A DNA stretch of 64,000 nucleotides from a virus, in IMG/VR virus record IMGVR_UViG_3300035204_001874, positions 1 to 64,000 of that record; one strand, 5' to 3'. Positions within the stretch are counted from its first letter, which is position 1. Each line of letters begins with the position of its first letter. Shown here piece after piece: positions 18,231 through 25,704 of this stretch. The position numbers and the translations under genes are program-made. The notes below the pieces were generated by a model that saw nothing but the letters and a program-made list of their open reading frames with translations, was not told the DNA's origin and ran no database searches.

Positions 18231-18962
18231 ATGAGCGAAGTAAAAGACACTAGATCAAAAAAAGAAATAGCCGCTGACATCTTGCTAAAAGAGTCCGAGG
18301 CCGCACTGAAAGCAGCCGAAGCCTTAAAGACCAAAGCTGAAGCGCAAAAAGCTCAATATGAAGCACATGAATCAGAGCTAAGGTATCACGAAGCAAGACT
18401 TAAGTATGATCGTCAAGCGGCAGAAGACGATAGGAACCACCTTTATAGATTTGATGGAGAAGTTACTGCGGGCTCCGTAAAAAGCTGCATGAAAAAGCTC
18501 ACAGAATGGTCAAGACTAAGCCCAGGGTGCAACATCGAAATCGTTTTCTCTTCTCCTGGAGGAAATATCATCGATGGCTTCGAATTATTTGATTTTATTC
18601 AAGGACTAAGAGCCAAGGGACACCACATCACAACAGGCTCCTTGGGCTACGCGGCATCAATGGCTGGAATTTTGTTGATGGCTGGAGATACCCGCTGGAT
18701 CGGGCACCAAAGTTGGATGATGATTCACCGCGCAGCCTTTGGAGCTTACGGTAAGACTTTTGAAATTGAAGATGAAGTTAAATTTGTAAGAAGGATCGAA
18801 GCGAGAATCTTAGATATTTTCACTTTAAGATCGGGCCTTACCAAACTGAAAATTAAAAGAAACTGGGATAGAAAAGACTGGTGGATTTCAGCAGATGAGT
18901 GCTTGGAGCTCCAACTCGTAGACGAAATTAGAGGCATGATGCCCGAATATAAAAAGGATTAA
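18231..18962 (+). CDS. ClpP-family protease with an N-terminal coiled coil
   Basis: SSPGG, AASMAG (Ser), MMIH (His), DWWISADEC. Confidence 0.88.
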   Translation: MSEVKDTRSKKEIAADILLKESEAALKAAEALKTKAEAQKAQYEAHESELRYHEARLKYDRQAAEDDRNHLYRFDGEVTAGSVKSCMKKLTEWSRLSPGCNIEIVFSSPGGNIIDGFELFDFIQGLRAKGHHITTGSLGYAASMAGILLMAGDTRWIGHQSWMMIHRAAFGAYGKTFEIEDEVKFVRRIEARILDIFTLRSGLTKLKIKRNWDRKDWWISADECLELQLVDEIRGMMPEYKKD

Positions 18963-18968
18963 AACAAA

Positions 18969-19421
18969 ATGGCTGACGAAATTAAGGTACAATTAAACAC
19001 TAACATCACGACTTCTGGAGGAATAAGGGTAAACGACGCCAAACTCTTTAACGTTTCAATGACGGGTGCTGGCGTTAGCCACCACGCTCAAATCGTTGGA
19101 GACACAGAAGAAGCTCTAATACATGGACTAGATATTACAGCCTACACTGACGAAGGCTACTATTCAATAAAGCATCTAACTCCCGCCGATAACTCTACTG
19201 CTGCTGGATGGGTTACTATTGGAACATTGGGGTCATGCAGTAATGTTAATCACAAAAACGAAGCGGACTGCGTTGGTGCTAGTGCTACTTGGACAGATGG
19301 AGTGCACGTTATGAAGCTGCTCATTGGAGAATCATGTCTATTTAGAGGGGGTTTATCTAATTTAAGTGTAAAAGCTAACACTTTATCCGCTCAACTAGAG
19401 GTAGTCGCAGTTCAAAACTAA
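18969..19421 (+). CDS. Putative virion protein with an inserted Cys-rich module
   Basis: Beta-rich ORF containing GSCSNVNHKNEADCVGASATWT. Confidence 0.55.
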   Translation: MADEIKVQLNTNITTSGGIRVNDAKLFNVSMTGAGVSHHAQIVGDTEEALIHGLDITAYTDEGYYSIKHLTPADNSTAAGWVTIGTLGSCSNVNHKNEADCVGASATWTDGVHVMKLLIGESCLFRGGLSNLSVKANTLSAQLEVVAVQN

Positions 19422-19424
19422 AAT

Positions 19425-19458
19425 AAAAAAGACGCAGCCAGCCTTAGCCAACTGCGCC
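19425..19458 (-). terminator. Intrinsic terminator between convergent genes
   Basis: Minus strand GGCGCAGTTGGC-TAAG-GCTGGCTGCGTC-TTTTTT. Confidence 0.7.
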
Positions 19459-19476
19459 TTCTCACTGCCCACTTGT

Positions 19477-20433
19477 CTATTTGTTTATTGGCTTCCCCCT
19501 CGACTCCAAAATAATTACAGGCTTAGGAATAATGCGAAGCTGAAAAGGGAATAATTTTTTAGTGGCCTCCCTCTCCGCATCTTTAGCCTCCTCTTTCTCT
19601 TTCGGGGTATTTTCTACAGGAATTTTCTTTAGTTCGTCTTCGCTAGGCATTTTAATATTTTTATCTAAAGCCCACATGATTTTATGTTTTTCGCAATAGT
19701 CAACCATCCTACGAACCGGAACAATAAGATTGAACCCTTCTCCCGCTCCCCGGACAAGCATACCTACGTACCTAGTTTCTCCGTCGTGTTTTAAAAACAC
19801 TCCACCCCCAGAGCTTCCTGGGAAAGCCACGCAAGTAGTCTGATCAAATATGTGCTTATTTAAAGTTTTAATAACTCTACCGTGTTGGGAGTAAATTCCA
19901 TCCGTCATACTATTAGCTCCAAATTGACCCAAAAGAGACCCAACATGCAGCAAGTCCGTGCCTAGTGGGGGGATGCTTTTGTCCAAATAAAACACCACAC
20001 TATCAGTTACAAAATTAAGCTTACGAACACGAAGTAATGCGAGATCGTGACCGTCTTCGCTTTCGGAATACTTTAGCACCTCTGCGTCCATCTGAAGTCG
20101 TCCAACGGTTCTCCCGTCCTGCCTAATCTCCTTGATAACTACTGGGTCTTTAAATTCTACTAAAGTTTTAGGGGAGCCATTGACTAGTATTTTTCTCTCG
20201 GTTCGTAAGTTATCTATGACATGAGCAGCAGTCCAAATAAAATTCACCAAGTTCCCCTTTGAGTCTTTTCGGGTGAAAATAACCCCTGATCCCTCTCCTG
20301 TGGAAAATGCAGCTTCCGCTCTGATTGTAACAGAGACATTCTGGAGATGCTCTGCTGTGGTCTGTTTCTTCTCTGCTCCAAACGAAATAAAAGTGAGGGC
20401 AAAGCTTAAGGCTAGAATTCCAAGGTTTTTCAT
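19477..20433 (-). CDS. Secreted trypsin-like serine protease
   Basis: Signal peptide; GSGV, TAAH, DLALL, PGSSGGGV. Confidence 0.9.
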   Translation of the reverse strand: MKNLGILALSFALTFISFGAEKKQTTAEHLQNVSVTIRAEAAFSTGEGSGVIFTRKDSKGNLVNFIWTAAHVIDNLRTERKILVNGSPKTLVEFKDPVVIKEIRQDGRTVGRLQMDAEVLKYSESEDGHDLALLRVRKLNFVTDSVVFYLDKSIPPLGTDLLHVGSLLGQFGANSMTDGIYSQHGRVIKTLNKHIFDQTTCVAFPGSSGGGVFLKHDGETRYVGMLVRGAGEGFNLIVPVRRMVDYCEKHKIMWALDKNIKMPSEDELKKIPVENTPKEKEEAKDAEREATKKLFPFQLRIIPKPVIILESRGKPINK

Positions 20434-20516
20434 AACGAATAGCTTCCTTAATATTCTAGAAGGGGCAGCAATAAAGTTCTAAAAAAACTAACGTAAGGGT
20501 GTAATTAAATTAAGAG

Positions 20517-20852
20517 ATGAATTTAATTATAGTGGCTGATCTAAGTAGCGATCCTCCTTCCGAGGGGTTGTATTTTCGTTTTCTAACTATGATTGCTAAA
20601 AAAGACTTAGATTACGATGTAGTATTAGAGTCTGACAAGGAAATGATTGACAATTACTGGAAATTTTTAAAGAAAAAGGGGTGGTTCGATTTTGTGGATG
20701 ATATTGTGGTACCGGAGTGGAAAATCGAAGGAGTAAGGATAGACACAGAAAATAATTACCCCATGACAATACAAACAAAATATATCAAATGCGAAAATAC
20801 ACCCAACTTGCTTGGTCAGATAAAGTCCCTAAGAAACATTAACTTTTTTTAA
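20517..20852 (+). CDS. Hypothetical protein
   Basis: ORF preceded by the GTGTAAT motif. Confidence 0.6.
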   Translation: MNLIIVADLSSDPPSEGLYFRFLTMIAKKDLDYDVVLESDKEMIDNYWKFLKKKGWFDFVDDIVVPEWKIEGVRIDTENNYPMTIQTKYIKCENTPNLLGQIKSLRNINFF

Positions 20853-21126
20853 GGTTGTCTATCTTTTCTTCTAGTCGATCAAATCGATCATTCATACGCT
20901 CAGAGAACATCTTGAAATCCTCTTTGCTTACGTATTTTTCAGGAAGAGAAAGGGCAAGGCTGGTGTGCCTTTCCTTAATCTTGTCAACATCATCGTGATG
21001 CCTCTTCATTAAGTCGTGATGTTCGCCTTTGATTTCGTTTACGTGCCCAAGTATCATCTTAAAAACCCAGCCCCCCATAAGCGTAACCACACCTACAGCT
21101 ATATTAACGAGAATTTGGTAATCCAT
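20839..21126 (-). CDS. TM plus coiled-coil protein (holin-like candidate)
   Basis: N-terminal TM, YVSKEDF...RFDRLEEKID. Confidence 0.5.
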   Translation of the reverse strand: MDYQILVNIAVGVVTLMGGWVFKMILGHVNEIKGEHHDLMKRHHDDVDKIKERHTSLALSLPEKYVSKEDFKMFSERMNDRFDRLEEKIDNLKKS

Positions 21127-21171
21127 ACCCTTATTTACACGAAAAATAAGGTTAATCAGTAAGAATTTTTA

Positions 21172-21552
21172 TCACCCGCAACACTCTAGAATAGAAATTG
21201 CCGAAGCCATATCTTGGTTGTGAGCTAAAGATACGTGACACTTGTACCCGTTGTCTTTGACCTTCTTGCCTATTGAATTTCTGAACCGAACAAAAGGTTT
21301 ACCTAATTCATTTTGGTACACAACGATATCTTTCCAGTCCAGACATTTACCAAATCCGATGCCTAAAGACTTAGCTACGGCCTCCTTAGCGGCAAAGCGA
21401 GCAGCGTAATGCTGACTAGAATTGTCGTATTGCCCACAGTACTTTTTCTCAGAAGGAGTGAAGATTTTATTTAGGAATTTGTTTCCATATTTATCCTTCA
21501 GCCTCTTTACCTCAGGTATGCTTACTACATCTGTCCCTGTTCCTACAATCAT
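21172..21552 (-). CDS. acpS: Holo-ACP synthase (phosphopantetheinyl transferase)
   Basis: GTGTDVV, IFTPSE, AARFAAKEAVAKSLGIG, GKP, VSLAH. Confidence 0.93.
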   Translation of the reverse strand: MIVGTGTDVVSIPEVKRLKDKYGNKFLNKIFTPSEKKYCGQYDNSSQHYAARFAAKEAVAKSLGIGFGKCLDWKDIVVYQNELGKPFVRFRNSIGKKVKDNGYKCHVSLAHNQDMASAISILECCG

Positions 21553-21623
21553 TTAGCTCTAAAAAAAGGATACCTCTTTTGTGATAAAAAAGCAAGAAAT
21601 TATAAAAAAGTGTAATACTTTAC

Positions 21624-21839
21624 ATGCATTACTATGCCTGTCCATATTGTTTTGCGAACCCGAAAGCCACACTATCACGAGTAGTGGTGGAGGAGGTAAG
21701 ATGTAAATACGATAACGAAAAATCATGTGAAGAAAAACATAAATGCAAAGAGGTTATGGAGTGTAAAGAGTGCAAAAGCATCTTCAAAATTACTAAAAGA
21801 TTTTTAAGAGAACAAAAAAGAAAAGTAAAAGATGGATAA
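21624..21839 (+). CDS. Small Zn-ribbon protein
   Basis: CPYC...CKEC. Confidence 0.55.
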   Translation: MHYYACPYCFANPKATLSRVVVEEVRCKYDNEKSCEEKHKCKEVMECKECKSIFKITKRFLREQKRKVKDG

Positions 21840-21850
21840 TTTAAATTGAA

Positions 21851-22504
21851 ATGATCATCTCTCACAAGCACAAGTTTATATTTTTAAAATCGACAAAAAC
21901 AGCAGGAACCTCTTTGGAGGTCTCTTTAGCCTCAGTTTGCGGCCCAAAAGATGTTATTACTACAATTACCAAGGATGGTTTGCCCGAAGACTACTCTCAC
22001 CCGCACAAAAACGACAAGGAGTTCCAGCCTCACCTTCGACCCGAAAGCATAATTTCAAAAATTAATATCAATATATGGAATGAATACTACAAAATTTTGC
22101 CCATCAGGAATCCTTGGGATAGGATGGTTTCTTATTGGTATTGGGATGTTAATAAATGCAAAAAAACTTATACCTTTTCTGAGTACATTGAATTTAAACA
22201 AATACACTCGTTGTTAGAATGGTATAAAATGCCCCCGAATAGCTGGCACACAACAACTTCGAACGATAAAGAATCCTGTGCCGATTTTTTAATCAGATTT
22301 GAGCACATCAATGAAGATTTCTCAAAACTATGCGATCTACTCAAAATTAATCCCGTCAAGCTCCCGCACGCGAAAGGGAACTTTAGAACAAACAAAAAGC
22401 CCTATCAAAAATACTACTCAAACAAAACAAAAGAAATCATAGCAAACCGATACCACAAAGAAATAGAGCTATTTGGTTATAGTTTCAACGACAAAAGCGA
22501 ATAA
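21851..22504 (+). CDS. Sulfotransferase family 2 protein
   Basis: HKFIFLKSTKTAGTS, IRNPWDRMVSYW, FGYSF. Confidence 0.88.
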   Translation: MIISHKHKFIFLKSTKTAGTSLEVSLASVCGPKDVITTITKDGLPEDYSHPHKNDKEFQPHLRPESIISKININIWNEYYKILPIRNPWDRMVSYWYWDVNKCKKTYTFSEYIEFKQIHSLLEWYKMPPNSWHTTTSNDKESCADFLIRFEHINEDFSKLCDLLKINPVKLPHAKGNFRTNKKPYQKYYSNKTKEIIANRYHKEIELFGYSFNDKSE

Positions 22505-23085
22505 TGAAAACAAAATACCAAAAAGAAGGAAATTTGATCCCCCACTACGATAAGCACGGTTACTACTATTCACCGATAGGGGGAAAAGTGGGAGCTTCTT
22601 TTTTAGAAAATTTTTTTAGTAATTTAAACGTGGACATAAGCAAAGTACACTCAGTGCTTGATCTTGGTTGTGGAGACGGTAGGTTAAGCGGTCTTTTGGA
22701 CTCCTCCAAGGGCTATGTTGGGGTAGACTATTCAAATGTACGCATAGATCGAGCAAAAAAAACCTACCCCCAAAGGAGATTTTATCATGACGATCTGCAC
22801 AGATTTATAGATTCAAATAATCTGAGGTTTTACGACCTAATCGTTTGCATAGAAGTTCTTGAGCATTTAGAAGACCCAAAGCTGCTTTTAAACAATATAA
22901 TCCAAAGAAAAGATAAAGACGCAGTAATCGTCGCCACCATTCCAATCAATCTTCCCTATGTCGCCCACCTACAAACATGGAAAACGAACCAAGAAGTAGA
23001 AGATCACCTGTCTCCAGCCCTAATAAAAAGAAGGAAAGGAGAGAGCGCAATGAAAATGCCCCACTGGGTGTGCAAATGGGTGTAA
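22504..23085 (+). CDS. Class I SAM-dependent methyltransferase
   Basis: VLDLGCGDG, EVLEHLEDP. Confidence 0.88.
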   Translation: MKTKYQKEGNLIPHYDKHGYYYSPIGGKVGASFLENFFSNLNVDISKVHSVLDLGCGDGRLSGLLDSSKGYVGVDYSNVRIDRAKKTYPQRRFYHDDLHRFIDSNNLRFYDLIVCIEVLEHLEDPKLLLNNIIQRKDKDAVIVATIPINLPYVAHLQTWKTNQEVEDHLSPALIKRRKGESAMKMPHWVCKWV

Positions 23086-23093
23086 TTACATAA

Positions 23094-23729
23094 GTGAAAA
23101 AAGATGGAATACTTTTCGTTCATATACCTAGAACAGGAGGCACTCATTTCGAAAAACTTTTAGGATTCGAAGGTCACAATTACCCACCCCGCTGTGGTTC
23201 GGCAGCTTACGGAGCTAACCGTGAAGAAATTATGGGGTGGGATAAAAATCTAAAAATAATGCTTACTCACGCTACGTACGAAGAGATGATAAAGCATAGT
23301 CTGGTCTCCCTAAACGAGAAGCTTACAAACGTGTCCATAGTAAGGAACCCGTATCATAGAACTGTTTCGTTGTTTAACTATTTTGGCGGACACGAAAAGT
23401 GGGGCAACTTCAAAAGTTTTTTAAAGATTCTAAAAGAAGACCTTTCTTTAACTAAATATTTTTATTTGCCTCAGTATAAATATTTAACTTATAAAGGCGA
23501 GGTGGCTATAGAAAACTTAATTAAATTCGAAAACTACATACTGGATGCCGAAAAGTTTAAATCCAAATACGGCTTAAGACTTAACGTAACCTTCAATACT
23601 GAAATGCAAATTAAAAAATCCAAAAATAACCTCAATAAATTTTACAACCACAAAAACAACTTAAGTGAAGTAGAAGAGATTTACCAAAAAGACTTTGAGT
23701 TATTCGGTTACAATTATGGCGACTTTTAA
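23094..23729 (+). CDS. Sulfotransferase family 2 protein
   Basis: FVHIPRTGGT, VRNPYHRTVS, DFELFGY. Confidence 0.88.
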   Translation: MKKDGILFVHIPRTGGTHFEKLLGFEGHNYPPRCGSAAYGANREEIMGWDKNLKIMLTHATYEEMIKHSLVSLNEKLTNVSIVRNPYHRTVSLFNYFGGHEKWGNFKSFLKILKEDLSLTKYFYLPQYKYLTYKGEVAIENLIKFENYILDAEKFKSKYGLRLNVTFNTEMQIKKSKNNLNKFYNHKNNLSEVEEIYQKDFELFGYNYGDF

Positions 23730-23732
23730 AAT

Positions 23733-23758
23733 AAAAAAACCCCGCAAAAGCGAGGTTT
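23733..23758 (-). terminator. Intrinsic terminator
   Basis: Minus strand AAACCTCGC-TTTT-GCGGGGTTT followed by T's. Confidence 0.7.
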
Positions 23759-23842
23759 AGGTTTCTAAATGCTGATTAGTTACTTCAGTCTTCCCTTGCC
23801 GCAACAAGAGCGTGCGAACTCACACCACATTCAGATACAAGC

Positions 23843-24136
23843 TTAAAGCCATCTATCTCTCAAGTCTAGCAGTAAGCGAACTCCACCTACCGCAAGGGCC
23901 GCGTAAGCAATTACACTCCAAGGAGCCATTGCTGGCCACAACATAGCCGCACCGAAGGCGACAAGGCCCAAAGACCAAAGTGTGTGGGTATTCCATTCAA
24001 GCCAATGCAGTAACTTTTCGCCCCAACCCGTAAGCATATTCCAGTGCTTCCTTAAAAAGGAGGGTTTTGAGCGGTTTTTTTTACTTTTTCTTGTTTTTTT
24101 AGTTTTCATAATACAACGCCCTCGACAAGAAGGCAC
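23843..24136 (-). CDS. Small membrane protein
   Basis: Basic N-terminus and two TM helices. Confidence 0.6.
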   Translation of the reverse strand: MPSCRGRCIMKTKKTRKSKKNRSKPSFLRKHWNMLTGWGEKLLHWLEWNTHTLWSLGLVAFGAAMLWPAMAPWSVIAYAALAVGGVRLLLDLRDRWL

Positions 24137-24140
24137 TCCA

Positions 24141-24163
24141 TATTACACTTAAAAAGTGTAATA
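24141..24163. promoter_or_regulatory. Back-to-back GTGTAAT motifs (putative divergent phage promoters)
   Basis: TATTACACTT-AAA-AAGTGTAATA inverted repeat between divergent ORFs. Confidence 0.65.
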
Positions 24164-24169
24164 CTTTAC

Positions 24170-24397
24170 GTGAAACTCGTCGTAAATTCACGCCCTATCG
24201 TATTCAAGCCAGATTTCGAAACCGAATTCTGGATGAAGGAAAAGATTTTAATTCACGACAAAGATGGCTCCTTGGGGGAGTTAGAAATAAGAAAAATTAT
24301 AGGATATTTGTACGAAGAAGGCTTCATTCTCGACAGAAGAACCCCTTACGAAGTGGTGCGAGCGGAAGGGATCGAACCTCCGACGAACACGGTGTAA
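24170..24397 (+). CDS. Hypothetical protein (paralog of 17225..17413)
   Basis: Shared DKDG...YL..EGF motif; 3' end is antisense to tRNA-Val. Confidence 0.65.
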   Translation: MKLVVNSRPIVFKPDFETEFWMKEKILIHDKDGSLGELEIRKIIGYLYEEGFILDRRTPYEVVRAEGIEPPTNTV

Positions 24398-24428
24398 ACG
24401 TGCCGCTCTACCTCTGAGCTACGCTCGC
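24354..24428 (-). tRNA. tRNA-Val (anticodon TAC)
   Basis: GCGAGCG/CGCTCGC acceptor stem, anticodon arm GCACG-TTTACAC-CGTGT, GGTTCGATCC T-loop, encoded CCA. Confidence 0.95.
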
Positions 24429-24451
24429 AAAAAAGGCCCGACAAGCGGGCC
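24429..24451 (-). terminator. Terminator-like hairpin directly 5' of tRNA-Val
   Basis: GGCCCG-CTTGT-CGGGCC-TTTTTT. Confidence 0.6.
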
Positions 24452-24483
24452 AGCCCTGAGTTTTATATCAAGGGGTTTTTATT

Positions 24484-24819
24484 CTACTTGTCTCTAGTTA
24501 TAACAGGAGAGGCTGTCGAGCCTTGCTCTGTTTGAGTGTCAGTAGTTTGGGGGGCTTGACCTGTTGCCGTGCTCGCTTGCGTGGTCGCTTGCTGAGTTGT
24601 CTGACTTGTTTCGGTGGCTCCCGTAATGCCGTCAATTTGGGCCTGTGTAGTTTGGTTCATGTTGTAAACCACATAACCAGTAAGGCAAAAGTTAAGTGCC
24701 AGCAGGACTAGCGCAGCCCTAGCATAAACAGTCTTAACAGTTGTTAGTTTGCTTTCTTTCGTCGTACTGCAAGTCTCCGTTTGAATATCGCAGTTTTCGT
24801 TTGTATCTTTTGTTGTCAT
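24484..24819 (-). CDS. Single-TM protein with a Thr/Gln-rich tail
   Basis: ARAALVLLALNFCLTGYVVY followed by a low-complexity T/Q region. Confidence 0.65.
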   Translation of the reverse strand: MTTKDTNENCDIQTETCSTTKESKLTTVKTVYARAALVLLALNFCLTGYVVYNMNQTTQAQIDGITGATETSQTTQQATTQASTATGQAPQTTDTQTEQGSTASPVITRDK

Positions 24820-25016
24820 GGTTTTGGTTTTACGACAACTGGTCGTAAAGTCTTATGTTTCCAAGCGTCAGGGTTCTCTTCCCTTTTTCTTCTCATGTAG
24901 TCTCGCTTTTGCTTACGCCTTCTTTCGGGGTCTCTAGCATCGTAAGCTTTCCTAGCTTTTTTTAAAGCTTTTTTTCCCCTATCCGTTTTGAAGTATCTTT
25001 TCGCAGCCTTATTCAT
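24816..25016 (-). CDS. Small basic protein
   Basis: Arg/Lys-rich helix. Confidence 0.55.
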   Translation of the reverse strand: MNKAAKRYFKTDRGKKALKKARKAYDARDPERRRKQKRDYMRRKREENPDAWKHKTLRPVVVKPKP

Positions 25017-25028
25017 AATTTTTTAAGG

Positions 25029-25105
25029 TGGTACTCTCGCTGGGACTTGAACCCAGAACCCTCTGTTTAGAAGACAGATGCTCTATCCAATTGAGCTACG
25101 AGAGC
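25029..25105 (-). tRNA. tRNA-Arg (anticodon TCT)
   Basis: GCTCTCG/CGAGAGT acceptor stem, anticodon arm TCTGT-CTTCTAA-ACAGA, GGTTCAAGTCC, encoded CCA. Confidence 0.95.
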
Positions 25106-25476
25106 TAAACAATTTCTATAGAGATCGACTTTGCCTTTTCCGCTTTGGGGATATGTAAATCAAGAATTCCATTTTCATATTTAGCTTTAGCTTTTTCGGG
25201 CTCAATTTTTTTTGAAGGAATATGGCATTTATAGTGATACTCAATATCGTCCTCCGCTTGAGCTAAAACTGTCACCATGTTGTCTTCGAAGGATATATCA
25301 ACATTTTCCTTTGGTGCTCCAGCAAGATTTAATTTTAATTTAAAATAATCTTTGTCTTCCACAAGCTTATTTAGAGGTTCAGGCAAACTTTCAGAGTGAC
25401 TCCGCCAATACTCGTTGGGATCGGAGAGTTGAGACATTACGTTGTTCATTCTATTCAGTATTGAGAGTGTATTCAT
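25105..25476 (-). CDS. Hsp20 / alpha-crystallin small heat-shock protein
   Basis: LAGAPKENVDIS...AKYENGILDLHIPK; ATG at 25476 preferred over the TTG at 25494. Confidence 0.9.
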   Translation of the reverse strand: MNTLSILNRMNNVMSQLSDPNEYWRSHSESLPEPLNKLVEDKDYFKLKLNLAGAPKENVDISFEDNMVTVLAQAEDDIEYHYKCHIPSKKIEPEKAKAKYENGILDLHIPKAEKAKSISIEIV

Positions 25477-25489
25477 GATAGCTTGGTAC

Positions 25490-25506
25490 TGCAAGAACTA
25501 TGCCAA
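25490..25506 (-). promoter_or_regulatory. Sigma-54-type (-24/-12) promoter of hsp20
   Basis: Minus strand TTGGCATAGTTCTTGCA fits TGGCAC-N5-TTGCW. Confidence 0.65.
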
Positions 25507-25704
25507 TTCAAAAACGCAGGTTTCTTAGGTTATTTGAAAAAATAGTACAAAATGGTGACTTTGTGACGCTTTCAGTTCTAGCCTGAACTGCGTCAACATG
25601 ACATAAATAAAATAAGAAGTGTAAAATTCAGTTTCTTCCTCAGATAGAGTTGTCTCGTATTAAGACCTGTTTCTTTCATCTACCTTCTGTACCCTATATT
25701 ACAC

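Noticed and set aside
23760-23842. Small structured RNA upstream of the terminator at 23733
   Set aside because: Only weak short hairpins; cannot be told apart from an ordinary 3' UTR.
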